The notes beneath the pieces were generated by a model. That model made no database searches. It had not been told where the DNA came from and saw only the letters and a program-made list of their open reading frames with translations. Below are positions 13,401-24,776 of a stretch of DNA of 64,000 nt, piece by piece. The stretch lies in the NCBI GenBank assembly GCA_965285935.1, contig OZ260663.1, positions 46,128,001 to 46,192,000 on the forward strand. The letters are read 5' to 3'. The DNA comes from Ophelia neglecta (lineage: Eukaryota). Every line of letters starts with the position of its first letter. Position 1 is the first letter of the stretch. Both the position numbers and the translations under genes were made by a program.

Positions 13401-16400
13401 AAAGGGGGCTCGGGATTTACAATATCCAGATTAAATATTCATGAGAAATGATAATTAGGTATGGAATGATGTCCTCGGAATGCCCATTTTATTAACTGTG
13501 AGACAGTCTAAGTTGGACTTAATTTGTTCAGAAAGACCCTCATGGACCGAGGGTTAATCATCTTCGAGGAACCAGGCCCAGATCGCACCGTGTAAGGTTT
13601 CCGGTGGGGGCAATTTTTGTAAGAATGAGATAGAATTTATCTCTGCCAGTCTCCAGTTGCTGGAGAAAGCTCACATGAGTACAAATTCTCGATCCGCAGA
13701 GTTCCCATTTGTTTTATCCTCGTGCTCCAAACTGGCAGTGGGATTAAGAAAATCCTCAAATTGTATTAGCTTAATGTTTCGCCACATCGAATAAAAAAAC
13801 AAACAAACAAGTTTTAAGTCTCCTTCAAGATTATATCGTGCATCTATTGTTTTTCGTTTACATAATTTTTCAATATAGACATAGTTCAGGTAAATATATA
13901 TGTAGTAAACATAGCATTACTATCGTTCATAAATGCGGCACCATTCAATTAGTCCATTGATTTTTCTTCCTTAGTTGGCCTGGGCTTATATATAGACCTG
14001 ACATGGGTCTACTGTAGGCCAATGCCTATGATATGCATAGATTATGAACAGTGTGGGTCTAAGTACTTACAAATTATTAACGGCTCGATTATGCTTCATC
14101 CACATACAAGTTTTTCTCCGGTAAAAGCCTAGTTATTGCCTATATTGTTTATGTACAACGAGCGTTCAGTTGTCATCAACGGTTTCGAAATCTGTCCACT
14201 GATCTAACTTCTCAGAATGGGAATTTAAAAAAAACCTTATATAGGAGAGGCACACGGGCATTTTCATGTATTTTGGCATTTTGCTCTATTGAATTCATTA
14301 GGACAGAATCATATAAATATAATTATATTGGCCGTTCTTTTGCTTCACTATTCCCATTGTCGCTTCCCATGAATTCCTAGGACTATTTGCATGGGACTAG
14401 AATATTTCTGCCCAAAACATTTGGTCACATGGAAAGTTAGTCCCGAGAAAAATATGCCCACAGGGAATGCTAAGGCCGGGCAATATAAATAAATCCCCCT
14501 GTTTCCCGACATTCATACCACGTGATTCATACAGAATACAGTATTGACATTGCTCTGGCCGCACGACAATACCAAAAGCCGCATTGACACAGTGGTGTGG
14601 CCATTGCGTGTGCAAGTTTTAAGAAATGATATGTGTATTATACCTTCAGGCTAGCTCGGTATAAAAACATAAATTCTCTATATTTGCCGTTGGCTGGGGT
14701 AGTTTAGGCTAGAGTGGGAGTCTTCTTCACAACCAGATGGTGGACCTTGATCGTGATAGCCAGCAGGATACCACACACATATATATCTGCCCTTACTTTA
14801 GCCGGAAGGCAATATATATCCTTTTGAGCCAAGGCTGTCCTTTCAGCTGCTGTGCCTCTTATGGACGGAGCGGACCGGGATGGGAAGCTTTGAGACCCTA
14901 ATGCGATTGCTTCTAATTTAAATGCGCAAGCCATCTGCTTCCAGAGACAAGCTAGGAGCCTGCCCTTAGTCCTGTGTGAAATATTGCTGCAAAACTGACA
15001 GGACTATACTCGATGTGCTTGGAACCGATGAGTAAAATTTCTGGTCATGATATTGCCTGAACATCGTTAAAAATTGTTTCATGCTATGCACATGTGCAAG
15101 ACAAACAAATCCACAATTTCAAATGATATAAAGCTATCACGTGGGACATTGGGCTAAGAGCTGTTACTGGTGTCACATGTGCGTGACACCTCGCTGCCAT
15201 AAAGGCCAACCTTGTGTTTCATCATTCACTGAAGCCCGAGAAGTACATCCTCTACATGCTGATAAGCTTAATGCTTCGTGTCAAGTTTCTGCAATCTCGT
15301 TGCTGCCTGGGCCAAGCCATACACTTAAAAAGATTACCTTTCTAGGCGATTTTGTACACATGTAGGACAGGAAATCCCTTTGACACCCGGGCGGGGAAAG
15401 CGACAAAAATACTAAGTACGGCAGGCATTTTCCAAAAACAACCTTTGTTATATACGACTCAATTCAGGTGTTGAACAAGTCTGTCGCTCTAAGTGGAGCG
15501 TTCTAGCTACTTTTCTACGAGTTTTATTCAATAATGATTCAGGCATCAATATTAAATTCTTTTTTCTAGTTCAGGTCGAATTTTGTCAAATAAAAAAATA
15601 CAGCATTTCTCTTTTCATACAACAGTAACCAAGTATGGAATGTTTCTCGTTCGTTTTTTTGCCAGTTCAACTGAGATTCCAAATGTGGATAAATTCCATT
15701 TATTTAATTAAGATACATTTAATTTATTTGGCTATTCTGAATAGATATATTTCATGATTATTATCATTATTGTTGTAATTATATTTCTAGTAAAAATAAT
15801 TATTATTAGTACTGTTAATATTATTAATATTTTGATCTTATCATTATTCAGTATTGATAAACTAATTTGTCTGGAAGTTTGAAAATACTGCAATTATCAT
15901 GTATTTATAATGAGGTACATTCGTGTGATTTCACATGTTGCAAATGACAATCACCACAGCTATACTAAAGGCTTAAAGTAGTAAGATGTTGGCATATTAT
16001 AAGATGCTTTATACTATAGTGGTATTGACGGACAAGACTTTCCAGCTCAGCTTTGTATCCGCTGTAGGCAGAAACTACATGTTCTTCCTACTTGCTCTGG
16101 CATTTGTCAATTATATTGCTAAAAATAACAGGGTTTACAATGTACGGCCAACAATATTGCTCTTTCCTTTATAAAGCAAGAGAAAGAAATAGCGCGTATG
16201 TCTTTTTCCTTTTTCTGACGTCAAAGGATATTTAGGAAATCGCTTTTTGGACAAACCACTTAAATGCTGTTTTTGATGGACTGTAAACCCGCTGTTGCCT
16301 CTGTTTCTCCTCCAACAAGACTGAAGCAGTCTTTGGCCAGAGGCATCTAAATACTAGTTTCCGCTATTTTGAAGCCTCAAACGAAACGATTACCAATCAT

Positions 16401-17849
16401 AATATGATTGTGTCTACATATCGAGCGACCATAGGCCGCAAATGGAACAGGGTTTTCCAGTGATTAACTGCCCGATTGCTCTCAAGTGAGACACGGCCGC
16501 TATCAAAGAAATTGACTCCCTCTGCCTGAAAATCAGTTTAGTTTGAATTATGCGTTCGGAGATTGTACATTAGGGAGAAGATGAGGCGGACATTGCCATG
16601 CATGCAAACAAAATTGTTCAAAATTCGGACAATAAGTAGTAATGAGTGCCAAGACCTTTCATGATATGAAATAACTTGCATCCGAAGGTCAGCGTATTGT
16701 GGGATGAACTGTTCCCAGCTTCTTTGGAAAGCTATGTGTACATTAGATCAATATCCCTTCCTCGATCTGGAGACAAACGAAGCTACTTAATTGTCCAACA
16801 TATTTTTGGTCCCGGACAAGTCAGTCATCGAGGCTCGTTAAATGTAAAGTGTATGACAAAAAAACTCTTAGCAATTTGGGAAATGTTTTATGTGTGAATA
16901 GGAAGCTCAAACAGTTACCTAGACCAATAAACTATTCTCCTTTTAATGAATCATATAAAACTAATATGGCGAATTAGTCATTAAAACAACGTTTCTGTTC
17001 TTTACTATCTTTGAATCCTGTCTGTCGATGGCATCCGAAATATCATAGATTTCATTTAATTCTATTGACATACTTTCATCAGTGATTAGTATAAAAATGT
17101 CATCATTTAATTATGTACTAAGCACAAGTTTAAATTGTCACAATACATGAATGCCGCCAGAGAAAAGTAGGACTAGATCTAAATATTAAGCTTATTGTGA
17201 ACGCACTATTTGCAAATATTCCTGCCTGCAAATTATGGTGAATAGGCCCGAGTGTTAAAAAGTAGCAGTGTAATGAAATATTCAAAGCCCGACATCACAA
17301 CCCTCTAATGAGCATTCACCGAGAATGAGAATTCAATGAGTAGAATATTAACTCCTAGTATCGTTTGCTGAGAATCCCCCATAACAAGTTTTCAAATCAC
17401 TTTGCTTTCCTTCTATATATGAATCGCCATAAAAAAGTCATAGACCTAACAATCACATAGTTTTGTAACGTATCGCTTACTAAATTTCTCCTGCTTAAAA
17501 GCAAAAATGATCCTATACGGATGTAAGTGCAAAATAAATCTCCCCGCTTGACACGTTTCGTTTGAAAGGATCCCTTTGGTCATAAGTGAGTTTATGTAAA
17601 GCTATTTATTTCATGTCGATTGAAAGCTTAGATAATATGCAATCGGTATGTGTAAAAAAAGCTATTTCGATCTATTGCCTTTGGGGCCGCCGAGAGAACA
17701 TTGCATTAGGCAAAAGCGGTCTCGAAAATTCCTAGCCTTGTCCGCAATTGCTAGGGATGGATATTTCATAGTATTGCTGTAATATGAGAACACAGTTCCA
17801 CTTAAGCTGGGAGAATGTACACTGTATTCTGGACACGTAAACCGTAAAG

Positions 17850-20800
17850 GTAATGTATTGCTCTGTATTTGGCTGGTGCTTCGATCGAGGTTGCCCTGCA
17901 ATGGCTCCCTTAGCTGACAAGCAGCCAGCAGTAGCGCTCGACAATATCAAGTCCCACCATACTACACCAGTATTGCTCACACTCTTGGGTACAGTATTGC
18001 CTTGTTCTTCTTGCAGGCGGCTTTGTGCTGGGCCTATCTGACCCTCGGTTGGCCCCTTTACTGCGGACAATGGGCGAGGGAAGACAGCCGGACGCGCGGC
18101 CACCGTGCCTGCCTAGCTCATACAGGATCCGCCTGCCCCGCCTATGACTTCAAAGAGTGTACACTCCATGCTCACAATCGCTGCAGAGGCCTTGCACGCC
18201 TAATCTTGGCAGCAGCAATGGGAACCGCTCTGGCAGCGCATACGAAAGATAGATGGGGAGTTGGGCAGCGGTCGATGAGGCTGTGCTGGCTCCTTGTTCA
18301 TTAGCGCTGTGCACAACCTCGTAGACGGTACTGCCATAGCACGCGACTTAGGGCTACAGCTTGATGACGCTGGCTGCGAAGGAATGCTGGCAAGCACCAG
18401 CGAAGAGGCCTTCTTATCGGCATTGTCGTCTGCTCGGAGGGCGCTCAGTCCTCAAGCTTGTCTTCACCCTCCGGGACGGAAGGAAAGAAAGTATACTGCA
18501 GGAAAATATGTACCCTTCTCCTGTGGATGCTGGAAAAGGATGCTGGCTCTTGCAGGTAGGAATGGATATATTGATATGTTTCAGTATGGTTAAGATGCGG
18601 AGTGCAGCTTATCATCTGCCACTAGGTCTTATGTATTAGTAGCATTGTAGGACAATGATTTGCCTTGTGGTAAGGCTAAAACAACCTGTTTATACTTCGG
18701 AAAACAATGATCTTTGCCCTGGACCTTGCCGGGCCTGCTCTGAGTGTTCACTGTGTGGGCCTTGGTGTTTTTCTACACAATTAAGGCACGCGGTGAATGC
18801 CAAGAGTAGGTCCAAATCACTATGGGACAAGCACATTGCTCTGCTACGTTGAGTCAACAATGCTGTGTCTACTGAATCGGACCCGGTGTTAATTGGTCCA
18901 ATAGCGTTTTTTTAGAGATTGCAGAGGAACGACTTATCCGCTCATGTTTTCAGTTACAGGGACATTTTTGACATGCTGGAACAAGCTTGTCGTACCCTAA
19001 AGAATCAATGGCAGGAGGCGGCGATCATTGAATTGATGACTAGCGCGAGAAGAAGACGATCTGGTCATGAAAAACATTATTCACTGCTCTCCATCGACAG
19101 ATGGGAAGAGGTTCAGTGCTGGAATGGCTTGGTAGCCCAGGCGGTGAAACAATGGCCGATTTATTGCCAGCCATCCCCATCTGGCTCCGTGTATTATTAG
19201 CCAAATCTAGCCGCCAATGTCTTGCGGTGACACCATAATCTGGTGACTCACTATCTTGCTCTATATAGCTGCACGCACAGGGTTGCAATATCTGTGGGCG
19301 ATATGCTCTATTATAACTGCTTTGAATATTGGTATTATTGGATATGTGTTGCAATGGTTAAGACGATAACAATTAAGGCGTTTTTAAGCTTCACCCTGAT
19401 CGTACAGTTTTTGTCATGCATTGGTGCTATAGGACAGCCTACTAGACGTTGCTAGCCTGCTCGACTACAAACTGCCACCAAATATTGAGCGCATCTGGCT
19501 GGCTAGTGGCCCCATTATGATAATGAATGTTCTTTGTATTTGGCTTGAACAACATGGGGCTGAATGAGCAAGGGTTCTCTTTTCAGTCGGGATCAGTCTG
19601 CTCCCGGGCCGGGCTTCCTCCGTATTTTACGTGCTCTGTTTCACCAACTATGTACATTTATTCAATAGCATAGTAGCATGTCATGAATTCAAGCCCGAAT
19701 TAATTCGGTCTGTTTTCTGTTTGCGGCCATATCAGCAATATATTTAGATATCGTGATCAGCCGGTGACTTGGCACTTCCCTACTGGCTGTTAGAGCTCAC
19801 GGCAAACTTATCTTGTTCCCATACTACTCAGTTGTAAAGCTCACCATTGACAATTGGGGCCGTATGAACAGAATTATTACGTCAGTCCGTCTAGTAGTTA
19901 AAACTCAACCATTTGTTTACACGCGGGTGGTAATATTCAAAGCAGAAGGTCGTTATGATTTCAATATTTGCCATCGCTCCTTAAAATGCTCTATTCTTAT
20001 TCAAAAGTTAGTGAAAAGACTCGAACTATAATGGTTGGAACTTTATTGATTGGTAAAAATAATCAATGCTGAACCAAACCTGTTTCAAGGCATGTATACG
20101 ATCATACATCAATAATGTCATGTTGGTGGGCTACTGTTATCTGTGTAAGAGCCAGGCTACGTCAGTGCAAGACGAAGCCTCTCTTGCTGCATTTCCGGTG
20201 GCATTCACGTCTGCAGTGGACCATCATGAGCGCCATGGTAATAGGGTATGTTTCTGTCCATCCTGCTTTGTTTCCCGTGCCCCCGATATAAAATGTGTCA
20301 TGGACACCTTCCAACCTGATTGTAATGGATGAAGTTTGTGTTTCTGTTGGCTGGTTCGCATCAATGTATTAGAGCATGCTTGGTTTGTTCAACGATTATG
20401 TCAATTTATGCCGCGTGATGCTTGCTTTTCGTCTCCTACAGTTCTAATGCACTGATTAGGTCGGAGTTGCACACACAGCAAGCAATTACTTTCTAATAAA
20501 AGAAAAATTCGTGTTTTTTTTTGCATAGAACTGACAGATATTAATGCGAGATAACATTAATAGAATAATTATGATTCAGCATGCCGCTCCCCAGTCGCCA
20601 TTTTAGCTTTGCTGTGCATGTGCTCGTCTTGCTCCTGCATGCGATGGTTAGCCCAAATATGGCGGCCATGTTGCTCCAAGTACCTCTACATGCGCATAGC
20701 ATAAAGGGAAAATGGCTGCAAGCCATTCGCGAGAAACCGGCCTGTTGTGGATAAAACCTAGCACTGGATATAGGTGATCAGCTCGGGCTCATCCAGGATT

Positions 20801-21380
20801 ATGGAACACACGAGGAAAGCCCGCAAGTACTCACTTTGTAACCAACAAAACACAGCTCCTAGGCCACCCTAAGAGAAGCCAGGCAAAAATGGCCTTCTCA
20901 TTCATTAGCATCTTCCGCTGCTGTCAGCGGCTAAGAAGGCGTCTGCCTTTGAGCTTGGTTTGCGCCACCAGCATTGTCACCCTCTCGCAGTTAGCAATAC
21001 AATACTTATCCTGATCTCTTGTAAACAACGATATTCGGTGATCATCATACCGCTGTTATTGATTTGTATGGAAAATCATTTTGCACTAAAATCCCCTCGA
21101 GCTGATGATCTCTTGCAGTCCATATGCTTACTTAAGCATAATTTACTGTGCATTTGGGAAAGGTTATCATATGCACACTGTTGACCATTTGTAAATGCTG
21201 CATAGGCCTATATCCAAATTTATTGTCTGTGATAGGGCTAAATCAAATTATGCTGAATGTTGATATATTTACTTTGTCACCTTTACGTTTTTATTAGTGA
21301 TTTTACCAACCGTATATCACATTGTATATATTGATGAACCAGACATGATTCTTCTATCCAAATAAACTTCGAACTTCATT
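17850..21380 (+). ncRNA. Putative pri-miR-124 host transcript segment (boundaries approximate)
   Basis: GC-richer island around the hairpin; acceptor cttgttcttcttgcag|G at 18016/18017; possible donor CAG|GTAGGA at 18555/18556; AATAAA at 20495-20500 (followed by a GT/T run) and at 21361-21366. The transcript itself is inferred. Confidence 0.4.
18731..18813 (+). ncRNA. mir-124: microRNA mir-124 precursor hairpin; mature 3p arm UAAGGCACGCGGUGAAUGCCAA at 18782-18803; 5p arm about 18743-18765
   Basis: Exact match to the pan-bilaterian mature miR-124. The 5p arm agtgttcactgtgtgggccttgg pairs with it. An 11-bp lower stem pairs gggcctgctct (18731-18741) with agagtaggtcc (18803-18813). The 5p arm differs from the vertebrate one, suggesting an invertebrate. 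Confidence 0.97.
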
Positions 21381-24300
21381 TTAAACCCGATACGCCTATA
21401 TGGTATTCTCTAAATATCAACATTTGATCTGGATAAGCCAAACATATGGCCACATAATATATGACAAGCAGAGATGAAACACTAGCAGCGACTATTCCTC
21501 GTGACTTTTTTGCCCTCTTTGATGGGAATTGGCCGTATTAATTTACTGTGACATTCCATGACTTGGCAACGTTCATTCTGTTGATTTAGCACGAAACGAG
21601 CTCGCTGAGAGTATCACCTACCCAAGACTGTGGCCAACGAATACGAGCCTATATTAGGACAAGACATTTATTATTCCACCAGATAGCCAGCGGCCATCTT
21701 GGGGTGAGTGTTATGCACTGTGATTAACCCCCGCCCCAAGTCCTGCAGGAAATTAAACTTGCCTATAGAATCCGCGGTGTCACGTGCACTCGCACCTAAA
21801 TGCTTTCGCGAAGCATATGCGCAAACTCGTCACAGCGGTAGATAATCTAGCTCCTCCAATGAACTCTTAACCCTGACCTTTAATGGTTTAAGCTCTTACT
21901 CCAATTCTCTCTATGGCCCAAATATAAACTTTTATACTCAATCCCAACCGATCGGCTTGTTTGCTCGGAACTTCCAGCTCATACGTGACTCCGATCTTAG
22001 GGTACCGGCACTCTGGAAAAGATCTTCGCCCTTCACATATCATTGTATATTTGCAATAATACCTTGGCCTACGTATTTGACTATATACAGTGGATGATAG
22101 GGTAACTAACCATTTTTATGTATACATTTTTATTTTTATTTAATAAACACAGGCCTTGAGATATAACACATTGAAAATAAACGCTTTCTTCTTATTGGTT
22201 GACCACATATACGCTGTACATGGTTGCGGCTGGTCGTTCCAACTATATAGCCTCACCCCTATATATGAATGGACTTGCTCTTAATTCCCCTTCAAGCCTC
22301 TGGCAAGAATGTCTTCGGCCAATGCATGTGCCGCCATAATGAAGCCGGGCGAATCAAGATTGATTGAGAACGGAAACAGAGTGGTCTTCTCGAGTCCTTT
22401 GAGCCTTTTCCTCACCCAACTGTCGTTTGCACAGCTTTGATATGGAGCCAAGGACCCCTGAATATAATTTAGTTTAATTTCACTCTCGCCAGAGAGATTC
22501 TATTTGCGACAAACAGAACCAATCCGGTGCTCTCAAAAGGTCCCGCCAGACCGGCCTGTAAACCCTGAGGGTTTAAAACGTCACTCATCTGAGTGTCGTA
22601 CGTTTAGAACACATTCCCATCAGTGCATTACCCTTCTTTGAATCAGAGCTGACATCCAGTAGTCGGGGTCCCCTATTCCCAGTGTTTACCGAGGAAAATG
22701 CACAGTGTTCTGGACCGTGAAATGGAATTAAAGTCGGCTTTTAGTAAGACCACGATGTACAAGGTCGAGATCGAATCAAACCTGGCCCTTCCATTTTATT
22801 CGGGTCGAATCCCCTTTGATTTATAGAGGTAATTATAATCGGTGGACCAACTCTTCCCATCAACTAGCTTTATGGTAGTTTCAGTAACCTGATAATCGAT
22901 TTCATATTTTACGGACAGCTCGTAAATTCTTGTCTCTTGCCCGCAGGATAATCCTTGGCTTCTGTATAGGCAACATTTGCAAGAAAATATGATTTGTTCG
23001 TTGGTTTACGTCACCTTATGATCCAATTACTCTTTGTAATCCAGTCTTATTTTCATTAGAAAGGCGTCTTCCATTCTTTTACCCCCTCTGTGTCTGATAT
23101 TTTTATGAAGATATGGTGATTTAAAGGCCTCTTACCAAATAGTTTTAGCATATTCATCTGCATATCTCCTTAAGATGAGTGGCATTTGATAACTTAATGT
23201 TTATTCGCTATTATATCGATGGGCCGAATGTTCCTTTCAATCCTGAGACGGCTGAATACATTGAATATACCGGTGGAACAAAACGCTCATTCATTATATA
23301 AAAATAAATGCATTATTTATTCGATCCTCGGTCACTTTCCTCGTATAAGCTATCTGTGCCTATTCTTTAGTAGTTTCCTATTTCCTACTCATCACTTGAG
23401 GTTTCCCATAAATTTCAGTCTGATATCAACCACTTCCGGTCATATGAATCACGTCGATTTCCCTTCGAGTCTGTGACAGCATGGTATATATACAGGTTGC
23501 GTGCTCTTCAACCATTAGTTCTTTTTCCTATCGCTTTCCCACCATTTGTCCTTGTCAGAATCAACCTTGGAAAGAAGTGAAACACATCTTTTAATCAGGC
23601 CCGTGCTGGCGAACAGCGCGCTCTTATTTCCACCAATTAGTCCTTTTTGGAGTAATTTGCATTTTCATTCGGTTGATATTCCTGCGACATTGCGGTAATG
23701 GTTGCTATGTAAAAGTGGGATATTGTTCATCAATAATGTACAACCTACAACTAAATAGGCTTTTATAAGAATAGATGGGTGTTATTTTGTGCGTGCTGCA
23801 AGGACATTTTTTATTTCCTTCTACGTTTCAGGCGTTTATGTTTTATTAAGGAAAATCCTTAAAAAGGAAATGGAAAAAATACCAATTCTATTCATGCACG
23901 GATAGACCTATATGAACAAATAATATGTGATGTATTCACGCAGTAATCTACCAATGATGTTTCTAGATTTCACATTAAGTCATGTGAAATGTACGCCATA
24001 TATTCTTCCAATACTTTACCGGAGACTGCTCATCCACTATGAGTAGAATGAAAAACAAGTACACTTTTATAAGCTGCAAACAAAGACAGGGGAAAACAAG
24101 GAAAAAATGAATATATAATGACTTTCCATCAGGAAAATTAAGATAATCAGCACAGTGGGCCTGAATCTAAGACTACTCAAACCAGCGTAAAATGTATTTA
24201 GCAGGTAATAAAGCTCGACTTTTCTCTATGTCCCGAGGATATATTTTCTTCCCTTTTCATTAGGCTTCCTTGATTGCTTTACCGGCTTTTCCTTCGGATA

Positions 24301-24761
24301 TCTAATACCACTTCGACGGTAATTATGCCCAGAATAAAACTTTGCCATTAGGCAAAGACTGCGATTGTTCTTTGTCGAGCTCGGGGGAAAGGCCGTGCAG
24401 GGAAGCTCTTGAGGGATGGATCAGTTAACCACTACAGTCAGTGTCTTCTGGGTACTGGGAAAAGAATCTCCCACTCGAAGCACTTAATAGTTCATAGTAC
24501 CGATTGGGGCCAAGTCATTGGACAAGAAAGGTTTGTCAAAATTCCCGATTATTGTCCCCGCAAGCTGCGTGCTTGAAGTGGCCATAAACAGTCTAATATC
24601 TCCATGAACACCCCAGGTCTTTACATACGGGTAGTTATAAGAGTCTGGTTAACTAATACGGACACTGCGGTTCTAGGGAGCATGACAATCACAATCTACC
24701 TTGTCGATGGTGAGGCCGTTCTGTAGTATGAGGTTCCTTGGGTCTGTTAATGTCATTTCAG

Positions 24762-24776
24762 CCGGAAGTGACGTCA
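24762..24776 (+). promoter_or_regulatory. Overlapping ETS-CRE composite motif CCGGAAGTGACGTCA
   Basis: Exact 15-nt match to the overlapping GABPA/ETS (CCGGAAGTG) plus CRE (TGACGTCA) composite; function not shown. Confidence 0.55.

Noticed and set aside
14862-14901. TGGACGGAG (miR-184-like) and TGAGACCCTAA (miR-125-like) fragments
   Set aside because: Only 9-11 nt match, the rest diverges, and there is no supporting hairpin.
18721-18726. GGACCT as an alternative partner for AGGTCC (18808-18813), i.e. a switchable mir-124 basal stem
   Set aside because: Weaker than the contiguous 11-bp lower stem; no evidence for a switch.
22993-23013. TTTGTTCGTTGGTTTACGTCA resembling miR-375
   Set aside because: The seed matches, but the upstream arm pairs poorly (many G-U pairs and internal loops), so it is not a credible precursor.
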